From Kineosporiaceae bacterium (lineage in GTDB: Bacteria > Actinomycetota > Actinomycetes > Actinomycetales > Kineosporiaceae): a stretch of DNA of 46,860 nucleotides. The stretch covers positions 1 to 46,860 of the forward strand of contig JBAPWU010000062.1 in assembly GCA_049283855.1 (NCBI GenBank), read 5' to 3'. A program made the translations under genes and the position numbers. Under the pieces are notes generated by a model. It saw nothing but the letters and a program-made list of their open reading frames with translations, was not told where the DNA came from and made no database searches. This document shows, piece by piece, positions 1-8,540 of the stretch (the first letter of the stretch is position 1; every line of letters starts with the position of its first letter).

Positions 1-173
1 GTGGTGGTCATCTCGATCGCGTAGGCGGTGGTCCAGACGAAGATGGCCAGCAGGGAGACCAGCAGGGCGTACGCGGCCGGTGCCTTTCGCCGTCCCCAGA
101 CGTACCAGGCCAAGGCCAAATAGCCGGCGCCGCCGAACAGCAGGCCAGCCGCAATGGCCATGTTGCTGGTCAT
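1..173 (-). CDS. 5' end of a membrane-protein gene running off the window; the N-terminus resembles the 7TM N-terminal module found on sensor kinases and diguanylate cyclases
   Basis: ATG at 173 preceded by GGGAG. Translation MTSNMAIAAGLLFGGAGYLALAWYVWGRRKAPAAYALLVSLLAIFVWTTAYAIEMTT gives two hydrophobic helices around a W-x-RRK turn. High GC3. Confidence 0.5.
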   Translation of the reverse strand, partial: MTSNMAIAAGLLFGGAGYLALAWYVWGRRKAPAAYALLVSLLAIFVWTTAYAIEMTT

Positions 174-323
174 CGGACTCCCGGTGCGCTCCCTGATCCC
201 CTGGTGACGTGCAGATTTGTATCTCACGGTAACGGCCCGGAGGCATGCTGTGGGCGGCTCCGACAGGTCGGTGTAGATGTTCAGGTTTGTCCGGCGTGTT
301 GGCGCCGGGCTGCTGCGGACCGA

Positions 324-3002
324 TCACCCGCGCAGGATGCGGCTGGCGTCTCCCGGGCGGCCGAAGTGGAAACCCTGGGCGAAGTCACAGCCGATCTCGC
401 GCAGCCGCCGCGCCTGGCGCGGGGTCTCGATCCCCTCGGCGGTCACCTTCATGCCGTGCGCGTGCGCCAGCGCCACGATCGCGGTGACCACCGCGTCGGC
501 CCGTGAGTTCTGCCCCACGGCACTGACGAACGAGCGGTCGATCTTCATGAAGTCCAGCTCGAACCGGGTCAGGTACGCCAGGGCCGAGTAGCCGGTGCCG
601 AAGTCGTCGATGCCGACCGGGATCTGGTTGCGGATCAGCTTCTGCAACGCCTTCTCGCCGCCGGGAAGGGTGGACAGGAAGCTGCTCTCGGTCAGCTCGA
701 CTTTGATCAGATGCGGAGGCAGGCCGCGCACCTGCAGCCCGTCGAGCAAGGTGCGCACGATCCGCGGGTGCTCCATCGAGCGGGGCGAGACGTTCACCGC
801 CAGCCAGGGCACCTGGGCGGACGGCGCGTACTGCAGCCAGCGGGCCAGTTGGCTGAGCGCGGTCTCCAGCACCCAGCAATCCAGCTCCACCACCAAGCCG
901 ATGTCCTCGGCGACGTCGATGAACGTCTCGGGCTGAAGGAGCGTGACGCCGTCCTCGGCCCGCATCCGCACGAGCGCCTCGGCGCCGACCACCCGGCCGT
1001 GGGTGAAGTCGACGATCGGCTGGTACTGCAGCACCAGCCGGTCCTCCTCGAGGGCCGCCCGCAGCAGTTGCTCGGCCCGGTGCCGGCCACGCGCGCGCTC
1101 GCGCAGCGCGTCGTCGAAGATCACGTAGCGGTCGCGGCCGTCGTCCTTGGCCCGGTACAGGGCGAGGTCGGCCTCGCTGAGCAGCACGTCGACGTCGACC
1201 CGGCGGCCCGAGGAGGAGGTCACCCCGACGCTGGCCGGGCAGAACAGCACCTCGCCGGTGTCGTTGAGCGAGAACGGCACCCGCAGGGCCTCGACCACGT
1301 CCTGGGCGATCATGCGCAGCTCCCGCCAGCCCATGCCGGCCGGGGGGACGACGACGAACTCGTCGCCGCCCATCCGCGCGGTCAGGCTGCCCCCGGGGGC
1401 GACCTTCTCCAGCCGGCGGGCCACTTCGGCCAGGAGCCGGTCGCCGACCTGGTGGCCGAGGGAGTCGTTGACCATCTTGAACCGGTCGAGGTCGAGCAGG
1501 AGCAGCCCCACATCGTGGTTGTGGTCGTCGAGCAGCGTGGTCATCCGCCGCTCGAAGCCGAGCCGGTTCGCCAGGTTGGTCACCGGGTCGGTGGAGGAGC
1601 GCAGCTCGAGCAGGACCCGGTCGGTCACCTGCCGGGTGACGTCGACGGTGGCGCCGGCGACGGCTCGGGGCGAGGCGCCGTCCGCCGGGATCACCGTGGA
1701 CCAGGACTGGACGTGCCGTTGCACGTTGTCGACCCCGATCACCCGGAAGGTCTCGACCATGCCGCCGTCGGCCTCCCCGGCGAGGGCGTCCAGGCGCATC
1801 GCGCGGGCGCGGTCGTCGGGGTGCACCAGCCGGTGCCACAGCTCGAGCGAGGGGCGCACCTCACCGGGCTCGAGGCCGACGATCCGGAACATCTCCGGGG
1901 ACCATTCCAGCCGGCCGTCGCGCGGGTGCCATTCCCAGACGCCCAGGCCGGTCAGTTCCTGGGCGGCGCGCAGCCCGGCCAGGCTGCTGCGCAGGGCCGC
2001 TGCCTGCTGCTCGCGCTCGGTGACGTCGAAGGCGGCCCCCCAGGCACCCGTCACCGCGCCGTTCCGCCCGCGCCGGACCTCGGCCCAGCCGTGGATCTGG
2101 CGCTCACCGCCCGGAACCCGGATCCGGAACGTCCCGGCCGCCCCGGGGGCGCCGGCCAGCTGACTGGTGACGGCGGCCTCGAGCCGGGGCAGGTCGTCGG
2201 GGTGCAGGAGGCTTCTCAGTCGCTCCAGGGTGAGTTGGTCCTCGGGCAGGCCGAGGAGGGCCGCCACGGACGGCGAGCAGGTGGTGGCGCCGGCGGCGGC
2301 GTCCCAGCTCCACAGACCCAGACCGTGCAGGGAGGGCCGGGGCAGTTCCACGGTGCCCGGGGTCCGCGCCGCGACCTGCTCGCGCGGCAGGGGCACGCCG
2401 CCCAGGACCCGGGCGGCCACCCCGGCGAGAAGCCCGACCGCCCCCTGGTCGCTCTGGTCGAACCAGCCACGATGCTCCGACGTCAGGGCGAGCACCCCGA
2501 GGACGGCGTCGCTGTCGATCAAGGGGATCGCCAGGTGCGAGCGGGCCCCGGGACAGCAGGCGTTGGACGGCTCGCCCGAGGTGGCGTTGTGATCGACCGA
2601 GCCGGTGCGGACCACCCGTCGCGCGGCGAGCGCCTCGCCGCACACGGTGCCCTCGAGCAGGACGGCGCTCCCGACCAGGGCTCTCATCCCCCCGGCGGTG
2701 GCCGCTCGGCGGATCAGGACTCCGGCCTCGACCAGCGCGGCGGAGGCGGGGGCGTCGACCAGGGAGGAGGCGACGCTGACCAGTTCCTCCAGCAGGGCTC
2801 CGGCCTGGCCGGCGGCACGCACCCGGTCCTGCGCGGCGGCGAGCACGGCAGGCCAGCCCAGGCCGCCGGGCACCAGAGGTTCGGTCCGGGGGGCGAGCAG
2901 GAGCGAGCCGGAGGAGGTCTCCTCCGGTCCCGTACCGGGAACGATCCGCAGGTGCACCTCGGGCGGGTCCGTCGAGGCCGAGGCGGATCGGCGTGCCGCC
3001 AT
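324..3002 (-). CDS. GAF-PAS-PAS-GGDEF-EAL signalling protein (c-di-GMP synthesis/hydrolysis)
   Basis: 892-aa ORF. Intact GGDEF (RMGGDEFVVV) and EAL (GAEALVRM ... DDFGTGYS ... KIDRSFV) motifs, with GAF-like and two PAS-like segments upstream. Confidence 0.9.
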   Translation of the reverse strand: MAARRSASASTDPPEVHLRIVPGTGPEETSSGSLLLAPRTEPLVPGGLGWPAVLAAAQDRVRAAGQAGALLEELVSVASSLVDAPASAALVEAGVLIRRAATAGGMRALVGSAVLLEGTVCGEALAARRVVRTGSVDHNATSGEPSNACCPGARSHLAIPLIDSDAVLGVLALTSEHRGWFDQSDQGAVGLLAGVAARVLGGVPLPREQVAARTPGTVELPRPSLHGLGLWSWDAAAGATTCSPSVAALLGLPEDQLTLERLRSLLHPDDLPRLEAAVTSQLAGAPGAAGTFRIRVPGGERQIHGWAEVRRGRNGAVTGAWGAAFDVTEREQQAAALRSSLAGLRAAQELTGLGVWEWHPRDGRLEWSPEMFRIVGLEPGEVRPSLELWHRLVHPDDRARAMRLDALAGEADGGMVETFRVIGVDNVQRHVQSWSTVIPADGASPRAVAGATVDVTRQVTDRVLLELRSSTDPVTNLANRLGFERRMTTLLDDHNHDVGLLLLDLDRFKMVNDSLGHQVGDRLLAEVARRLEKVAPGGSLTARMGGDEFVVVPPAGMGWRELRMIAQDVVEALRVPFSLNDTGEVLFCPASVGVTSSSGRRVDVDVLLSEADLALYRAKDDGRDRYVIFDDALRERARGRHRAEQLLRAALEEDRLVLQYQPIVDFTHGRVVGAEALVRMRAEDGVTLLQPETFIDVAEDIGLVVELDCWVLETALSQLARWLQYAPSAQVPWLAVNVSPRSMEHPRIVRTLLDGLQVRGLPPHLIKVELTESSFLSTLPGGEKALQKLIRNQIPVGIDDFGTGYSALAYLTRFELDFMKIDRSFVSAVGQNSRADAVVTAIVALAHAHGMKVTAEGIETPRQARRLREIGCDFAQGFHFGRPGDASRILRG

Positions 3003-3245
3003 CCCCCAGCCTCCTCCACGCCCATCCCCGAGTCAGAGTCATACCTGGATTCGTTCCCGGGCCAGGCCCCGAGCCCCACCGCGACGGGTGGAGGCTGCGC
3101 ATCCCCCAAAGGATGCAACGCGATGACTCACCGTGTCTGTTGCTTGACAAGAACAGACCGCCGAATTCACCGGGTCGCGCGCAGCTCAGGCCGTGCCTGA
3201 GCATGACGAATCAGGTCTCCTGCTCCGTGCACGTGCCAGGGACGC

Positions 3246-3719
3246 CTACAGCGCGGGCTCGGCCCCGTCACGGGTGGCGTAGACGGTGAAGCGCCGGCCG
3301 GTGACCACGTAGGGGCGCACCCGCACGAACCGCTCCTTCGGGGAGTGGTTCCAGGGGAACAGCGGCATGTCCTGAGCCGCGTAGATGTCGTCCCACTTGT
3401 CCAGCATCTGAGCCTCGCCCTTGCAGACCACGCTCCAGGCCCGGCCGCGTTCGGGCTCGTACCCGTCGATCTCGAAGGCGACCCGCCCTGCCAGGACGAC
3501 CTCGACCAGCTTGGTGCCCTCCGAGGTGCGGAACAGCAGCGAGCGATCGTCGACCACGAAGTTGAGCGGGAAGATGTCGATGTCACCGGCGGCGGCGACG
3601 GCGAGCCGACCGACCTCGACCGATCCCAGCAGCGACCAGCACTGCTCATCGGTGAGGATCTCCATGGCCCCGGTCTCGCGCGCCACGGGGTCGATACCAG
3701 GGGACGGGTGAGCATCCAT
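3246..3719 (-). CDS. pyridoxamine 5'-phosphate oxidase (FMN-binding split-barrel) family protein
   Basis: ILTDEQCWSLLGSVEVGRLAVAAAGDIDIFPLNFVVDD...FRTSEGTKL is the typical N-terminal pattern of this family. Start is uncertain: ATG at 3719 or 3665. The rest of the 225-aa ORF upstream is Arg/Gly-rich noise. Confidence 0.7.
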   Translation of the reverse strand: MDAHPSPGIDPVARETGAMEILTDEQCWSLLGSVEVGRLAVAAAGDIDIFPLNFVVDDRSLLFRTSEGTKLVEVVLAGRVAFEIDGYEPERGRAWSVVCKGEAQMLDKWDDIYAAQDMPLFPWNHSPKERFVRVRPYVVTGRRFTVYATRDGAEPAL

Positions 3720-3811
3720 GCCCGGATAGTTCCATCGCTGTGACGAAACGGCTACAGGTCCTAGGTCCCAGCGGTCGGTCCGGTGCGACGAGCGCGTGCC
3801 ACGGCGCCCGA

Positions 3812-4165
3812 TCAGGCCCACCCCAACTCGTGCAGCCGGTCGTCGTCGATGCCGAAGTGATGCGCGATCTCGTGCACCACGGTCACCTGGACCTCCTCCA
3901 CGACCTCCTCGCGGGACTCGCACAGCTCGAGCGTGGGCCGCCGGAAGATCGTGATCCTGTCGGGCAGAGAGCCGGCCGCCCAGCCGCCGTCCCGCTCGGT
4001 CAGTGGGGTGCCCTCGTAGAGCCCGAGCAGATCCTCCTCCCCGGGCGGCGGGTCGTCCTCGACCAGGATCACCACGTTGTCCATCACCCGGGTGAGCTCC
4101 GGCGGCAGGGTGTCGAGCGCATCGGCCACCGCCTCCTCGAACTCCTCCCGCCCCATCTCGACCAT
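3812..4165 (-). CDS. small zinc metallopeptidase family protein (minimal zincin, HExxH)
   Basis: HEIAHHFG motif near the C-terminus and an acidic N-terminal half (EEFEEAVADALDTLPPEL). Start taken at the internal Met (4165 or 4156). Confidence 0.75.
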   Translation of the reverse strand: MVEMGREEFEEAVADALDTLPPELTRVMDNVVILVEDDPPPGEEDLLGLYEGTPLTERDGGWAAGSLPDRITIFRRPTLELCESREEVVEEVQVTVVHEIAHHFGIDDDRLHELGWA

Positions 4166-4260
4166 GAGCACAGCGTCACACAGTGCCCGTCGGGTGGGCA
4201 CGGCGTCACACTGTCCCCACCGGTGGTGGGTGCATCTCCACACAGTCAGGGGCTTCGCCG

Positions 4261-4608
4261 ATGAACGTGGACGACGTGCGCAGGCTGGCGCTGGCCCTGC
4301 CGCGGACCACCGAGGAGCCGCATCACCGGATGTCCTCGTTCCGCGTCGACGGCAAGATCTTCGTCACCGTGCCGCCGGACGGCGACGCGGTGCACATCTT
4401 CGTCGGCGAGCACGAGGCCCGGGCTGCAGTCGCGGAGTCGCCCGAGCGGGTGGAGTTGCTGTGGTGGGGAAAGGCGCTGAGCGGCGTCCGCGTGACTCTG
4501 GCGGACGAGGATGCGTTGGGCGCGCTGGTGGCCGAGCTGGTGGAGGTGGCCTGGCGGCGCAAGGCTCCCCGGCGGCTGGTCGCCGAGCACGATGTGACGC
4601 CGCCCTGA
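4261..4608 (+). CDS. MmcQ/YjbR-like small protein
   Basis: MNVDDVRRLALALPRTTEEPHHRMSSFRVDGKIFVTV matches the family's N-terminal pattern (LP...E......F+V.GK.F). ATG at 4261 lies inside the listed ORF. Confidence 0.6.
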   Translation: MNVDDVRRLALALPRTTEEPHHRMSSFRVDGKIFVTVPPDGDAVHIFVGEHEARAAVAESPERVELLWWGKALSGVRVTLADEDALGALVAELVEVAWRRKAPRRLVAEHDVTPP

Positions 4609-4729
4609 CCCATGATCGAGAGGGCGTGCGGGCACCGGGCAGGGCTATCGCTTTGGAGAAGGTGGCCCGGTGCCCCTATGCTGGCGGACGTCCTCGACGG
4701 GTCCTGGACGGCCGGGGTGCGTCGCCGAC

Positions 4730-4802
4730 GCCCTCATCGTCTAGTGGCCTAGGACGCCGCCCTTTCAAGGCGGTAGCACGGGTTCGAATCCCGTTGGGGG
4801 TA
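4730..4802 (+). tRNA. tRNA-Glu (anticodon TTC)
   Basis: Cloverleaf folded by hand. Anticodon arm CCGCC-CTTTCAA-GGCGG, T-arm ACGGG-TTCGAAT-CCCGT, acceptor GCCCTCA/TGGGGGT (two G-U pairs). No encoded CCA. Confidence 0.88.
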
Positions 4803-4820
4803 CGGTCTTGGCACCACCAA

Positions 4821-4894
4821 GGCCCCGTAGCGCAGTTGGTTAGCGCGCCGCCCTGTCACGGCGGAGGTCGCGGGTTCGAGTCCCGTCGGGGTCG
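4821..4894 (+). tRNA. tRNA-Asp (anticodon GTC)
   Basis: Acceptor GGCCCCG/CGGGGTC, anticodon loop CTGTCAC, T-loop TTCGAGT. Confidence 0.9.
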
Positions 4895-4938
4895 CGTCGA
4901 GCGGACGACGTCACGCAGGTGACGTGCCCGGCTCGCCC

Positions 4939-5012
4939 GGCCAGGTAGCTCAGTTGGTACGAGCGTCCGACTGAAAATCGGAAGGTCGGCGGTTCGACCC
5001 CGCCCCTGGCCA
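4939..5012 (+). tRNA. tRNA-Phe (anticodon GAA)
   Basis: Acceptor GGCCAGG/CCTGGCC, D-arm GCTCAGTTGGTACGAGC, anticodon arm TCCGA-CTGAAAA-TCGGA, T-loop TTCGACC, discriminator A. Confidence 0.92.
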
Positions 5013-5075
5013 CCGCCTCAAACCGCCCCTGAACTGCACAGACGTACATCTGTCGACGGATCACTTCTGTGGATC

Positions 5076-5114
5076 TCGCTCACATTCTGCTAACGATTGC
5101 TCACCGTTGCTCAC
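5076..5114 (+). repeat. cluster of three direct 8-mers (TCGCTCAC, TTGCTCAC, TTGCTCAC) overlapping the integrase stop codon
   Basis: Read directly: 5076-5083, 5097-5104, 5107-5114. The same motif recurs three times at 7459-7488 and once at 13583-13590. Confidence 0.6.
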
Positions 5115-5784
5115 GGGCGGTCGACCTGAACGCCGGCGATCGCGGTGGCCTGTGGCGGATGATCAGGTCGGTGGCCTGGTTGACCTGCTCGGCCGTGGGG
5201 TCGCGCAGGATGTGGGCGTACACCCGTTTGGTCACGCTCCGCGCGGCGTGCCCGAGGATCATCTGGACGACCTCCAAGGGGACGCCACCGGCGAGCGGCA
5301 GCGAGCAGGCACAGTGGCGCAGGTCGTGCAGCCGGATCGGCGGAAGCCCGCATGCCCTGACCAATCGGGAGAACTCGGCACTGACGGCGTTGGGGCGCGG
5401 TGGATCGCCGTGCGGGGTGGCGAACACCAGGTCGTGGTCGCGGTAGGTCCGTCGACGATCGACCGCCTGCGTCTTCACCGACCGCCCCGCCTCCACCTGC
5501 ATGCTCAGCCAGGTCTGCAGCCACCAGCCGAGCGTCAGGTCCCGGTCGTCCACCCAGACACCCGTGGCCAGCAGCGACAGCTCACCGGCCAGCACCTGCC
5601 CGGCCGCCTCCCTACTGGCGAACCCCGAGCGCACCACCTGCCGACGACGCTGACGCAGACCCGCCCCACGGGGGCCGACGTCGAAGGTGTACCCCCATGA
5701 TCCGTGCGGACGTCCGCAGTCCTTGACCCGCCGCCCGTCACCGTCGCGGCACTGGCACCGCTTGTACACCGACCCTCGAACCAC
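5101..5784 (-). pseudogene. tyrosine recombinase/integrase, apparently internally deleted
   Basis: GTG start at 5784 gives V-VRGSVYKRCQC (typical actinobacterial integrase N-terminus). The C-terminus has HDLRH ... LGH ... Y (box II). Only about 227 aa remain, and the segment that should carry the core-binding domain and the first catalytic Arg is missing between WWLQTWL and DLVFATPHGD. The 470-aa ORF in the track is an artefactual upstream extension. Confidence 0.6.
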
Positions 5785-5857
5785 CGCACACTCCCCTTCG
5801 CTCAGCCTGGATCCACCGACGCGATTCGAGCAGCAGCCGCGGGGTCGCCACTTCTCA

Positions 5858-5917
5858 GAGTTACCTGCGCTATCCCTACCACTAGCCCCTTTATGGATAG
5901 ACTTACGCAGGTAACTC
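5858..5917. promoter_or_regulatory. 12-bp inverted repeat (GAGTTACCTGCG / CGCAGGTAACTC) in the int-abiEi divergent intergenic region; candidate AbiEi operator
   Basis: Arms at 5858-5869 and 5906-5917, 36 bp apart. The right arm ends 3 nt before the GGGAGG RBS of abiEi. Confidence 0.4.
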
Positions 5918-5934
5918 AGAGGGAGGTCTGTCTC

Positions 5935-6564
5935 ATGCCCCGGCCGGTGACCCTGGTGGACCTGGACGGTCTCGGGCTGCCCGCCGCGTTCAGTACGTCC
6001 GCGGCGCTGGACGCCGGTCTGACCCGGCCGCTCTTGGACAGGCTCGTCCGGGACGGAGACCTGGAGCGGTTCGGGCGCGGGCTGTTCCTGCGCAGCGTCT
6101 ATGCCGACGGCATGGACACCGACCTGGTCGAGATCGCGGTCCGAGCGCCGTCGGCGACGATCTGCCTGACCAGCGCGCTGGCACGGCACGGCCTGACCGA
6201 CGAGATCCCCGCCGCGGTCGACATCGCGCTGCCGCGAGAGCACTGGCAGCCGAGGGTCGCGGCGCGGGTGGCGTGGCACCGGTTCGCCGAGGACAGCTTC
6301 ACCATCGGCCGGCACGACCTGCAGCTGACCGACCCCTCGGGGACGGCGGCGGCAGGGCCGCTGACGATCGGCCTGTACAGCGCCGAACGCAGCATCATCG
6401 ACGCCTTCCGCACCCGCGGCACTACCGGCTTCGACCTGGCCACCGACGCTCTGCGCCGCTGGCTGCGCGACCCCACCCACCAGCCCGCCGACCTCCTGAC
6501 CCTGTGCGAGCACTGGCCCCGAACCCTGACCGCATTGCGTACCGCGTTGGAGATCCTGCTCTGA
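5935..6564 (+). CDS. abiEi: AbiEi-family antitoxin/transcriptional regulator (type IV TA)
   Basis: ATG at 5935 with GGGAGG 8 nt upstream. Its stop overlaps the ATG of the downstream nucleotidyltransferase gene (TGATG). N-terminal wHTH-like segment followed by ICLTSALARHGLTDEIP...DIALPRE. Confidence 0.8.
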   Translation: MPRPVTLVDLDGLGLPAAFSTSAALDAGLTRPLLDRLVRDGDLERFGRGLFLRSVYADGMDTDLVEIAVRAPSATICLTSALARHGLTDEIPAAVDIALPREHWQPRVAARVAWHRFAEDSFTIGRHDLQLTDPSGTAAAGPLTIGLYSAERSIIDAFRTRGTTGFDLATDALRRWLRDPTHQPADLLTLCEHWPRTLTALRTALEILL

Positions 6565-7455
6565 TGGCCAACCCGAACCGCGACACCACCGCCGGCGCCG
6601 CCTTCATCGACCTGCGCGCCCTCGCCAAGATGCAGGGACGCAACGTCGCCGAGCTGCTCGATCTGTACCTGCTCGAAGGATTCCTCGGCCGCCTCGCTGG
6701 CAGCGACCACGGCCCGCACCTCGTCCTCAAAGGCGGCGCACTGCTCGCCGCCTACGGCACCCGTCGTCCGACCCGCGACGTCGACCTGCTCGCCACCGAC
6801 CTGCACATCGACACCGACACCGTCCTGGCACTTGTCCGCAACATCGCCGGCCTGCCCCGAGACGACGGCCTGGAGTTCGACCCCGCATCCGCGACCGCGC
6901 ACGTCATCCGCGACGACGACGAGTACTCCGGCGTCCGGGTCAGTATGACTGCCACCCTCGGCCGCGCCCGCCTCACCTTCCACGTCGACGTCAACGTCGG
7001 CGACCCGGTCTGGCCCGCACCCGGCCTGGTCGCCGTCCCCGGACTCCTCGGCGGACACGATCGAGCTGCTCGGCTACCCGCTGGCCGCCGTCTACGCGGA
7101 GAAGATCGTCACTGCCCTGCAACGCGGGACCGCGAACACCCGCTGGCGTGACTTCGCCGACGTCTACCTCCTACGCGGCCAGCAGGACCTCGACGGCACC
7201 GACCTCACCACCGCACTGCAGAAGGTTGCCGCGTACCGCGGAGTCACCCTCCGACCGCTATCTCAGGCGCTGGCCGGGTACGCCCCGCTCGGCCAGACCC
7301 GCTACCGCGCCTGGGTCCAACGGCGAGACCTCACCGACCGCCTCCCGCGCGAGTTCGCCGAGCTGCTCCACGGCGTCCAGCAGCTCGCCGACCCACCGCT
7401 CGCCGGCAACGCCCACAGCCGCACCTGGGACCACACCACGCTCGCGTGGACCTGA
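6564..7455 (+). pseudogene. abiEii: AbiEii/AbiGii-family nucleotidyltransferase toxin (DUF1814), frameshifted near 7059
   Basis: The frame from 6564 reads ...LVLKGGALLAAYGTRRPTRDVDLL...HVDVNVGDPVWP...LLGGH, then becomes nonsense. The +1 frame from 7060 continues IELLGYPLAAVYAEKIVTALQRGTANTRWRDFADVYLL... to a TGA at 7453-7455. Confidence 0.75.
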
Positions 7456-7458
7456 GCC

Positions 7459-7488
7459 TTGCTCACGTGGTTGCTCACACTTGCTCAC
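7459..7488 (+). repeat. three direct copies of TTGCTCAC just after the abiEii stop
   Basis: 7459-7466, 7471-7478 and 7481-7488. Same orientation as the cluster at 5076-5114. Confidence 0.6.
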
Positions 7489-7670
7489 GGATCTCGGGTT
7501 CCGCCGCTACCGGATGCTGCGCGCCGGTCATGCCACGGCACACGGGGTGGCTGCTGCTACCGCCCGGACGCTCGCCGCATCGAGCGATGACGTGCTTCAG
7601 ACGCCGGAGCGGTCCGGAGGTGGACCTAGCGGGCGGGCGGCGCTCGCCGGTCGTACGGTCTGGCGCCCCG

Positions 7671-8525
7671 CTACTCCAGCGTTCCCAGATCCAGGAGGCC
7701 GGACCGCCAGGCTTGCTGCTCGGCGCGGACGAGTTCGAGGAGCCGACCGATCAGGTGGCGGCAGCTGTTGTATGCGTAGTAGTCACCGAATCCGGTGGCG
7801 TTGAAGACGATGCGCCCCTCGCCGGTCGCGAGGAGTTCCTGCGTGAGGCTTTCGTGTTGCTGGAACTTGACTCGAAGGAGCTGGATGATCGTCGCCTGAA
7901 GGGATGCGTCGCAGCCGTCGCGCGCTGCGGCCTCGCCGGCGAGGCGGGACAGTCCGTACGGGTTCGATTCGGCGAGAACCGCCTGGCGAACGCCAGGGTC
8001 CGTCGTCCGCAGCGCCCAGTACGCGTGCTCGACTGTCGGGTAGGTGACCCTGCCGATGCGGACCGGCGCCGGGTACTGCGTGTGCAGGGCGAGGATGCCG
8101 GGTGGATCAGGCCACCCGTTGTGGTGGAACGAACCCGGGACGACGACCGCTGCCGCGACGGGTGGGGTCCTTTCGGCCGACGCCTTCCGGCTCACAGCCC
8201 GGTCGGCGAAGTACTCGAGCGCCTGGCGACGTCGCTCGTCGGTGACGACCTTGCCCGCCAACTTCTTCCCGACGGGCGTGATGACGACCCGCAACGGCCA
8301 GTCCTTCGCGTCCTGGTCGCCGAGGACGTACATCCTGCGATGCACGGGAATGGTGTTGTACGCCTCCGCCAGGCGCTGCCGGTTGGCCTCGGACGGGTCG
8401 GCCAGGTAGGCCTCGAGCAGCTCCAGGCAGACGCCGCTGGAGTCAAGGCGGCCGTTGAGGATCTCGATCTCGTCGACGACCTCGCTGTACAGCCCATCGG
8501 CCTTCACCCACGACTCGACGTTCAT
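7671..8525 (-). CDS. NADAR (YbiA-like) domain protein with an N-terminal region of unknown function
   Basis: The C-terminal 150 aa fit the NADAR pattern: RVTYPTVEHAYWAL...RLAGE...LQATIIQLLRVKFQQHESLTQELLATG...IVF. The listed start is the Met created in the second copy of a 10-bp duplication. Confidence 0.7.
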   Translation of the reverse strand: MNVESWVKADGLYSEVVDEIEILNGRLDSSGVCLELLEAYLADPSEANRQRLAEAYNTIPVHRRMYVLGDQDAKDWPLRVVITPVGKKLAGKVVTDERRRQALEYFADRAVSRKASAERTPPVAAAVVVPGSFHHNGWPDPPGILALHTQYPAPVRIGRVTYPTVEHAYWALRTTDPGVRQAVLAESNPYGLSRLAGEAAARDGCDASLQATIIQLLRVKFQQHESLTQELLATGEGRIVFNATGFGDYYAYNSCRHLIGRLLELVRAEQQAWRSGLLDLGTLE

Positions 8526-8540
8526 GAACGTTCATGAACG
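8521..8540. repeat. perfect 10-bp tandem duplication TTCATGAACG x2
   Basis: Read directly. Removing one copy fuses the frame of ORF 8443-8676 to the NADAR ORF (…ASWTFMNVESWVKADG…). Confidence 0.9.

Noticed and set aside
711-3200. 829-aa plus-strand ORF, with 385-1839, 1147-2163, 2104-3204 and similar ORFs overlapping the GGDEF-EAL gene
   Set aside because: These are antisense or off-frame shadows typical of very GC-rich DNA. The translations are Arg/Gly/Pro/Ala-rich low-complexity sequence with no motifs, while the minus-strand 892-aa frame has clear GAF/PAS/GGDEF/EAL domains.
5785-6513. Upstream 240 codons of the 470-aa ORF 5101-6513, which would make a full-length integrase
   Set aside because: This part is low-complexity (Arg/Gly/Pro/Gln-rich), lies antisense to the well-supported abiEi gene and has no integrase N-terminal features. 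The recognisable integrase N-terminus starts at the GTG at 5784.
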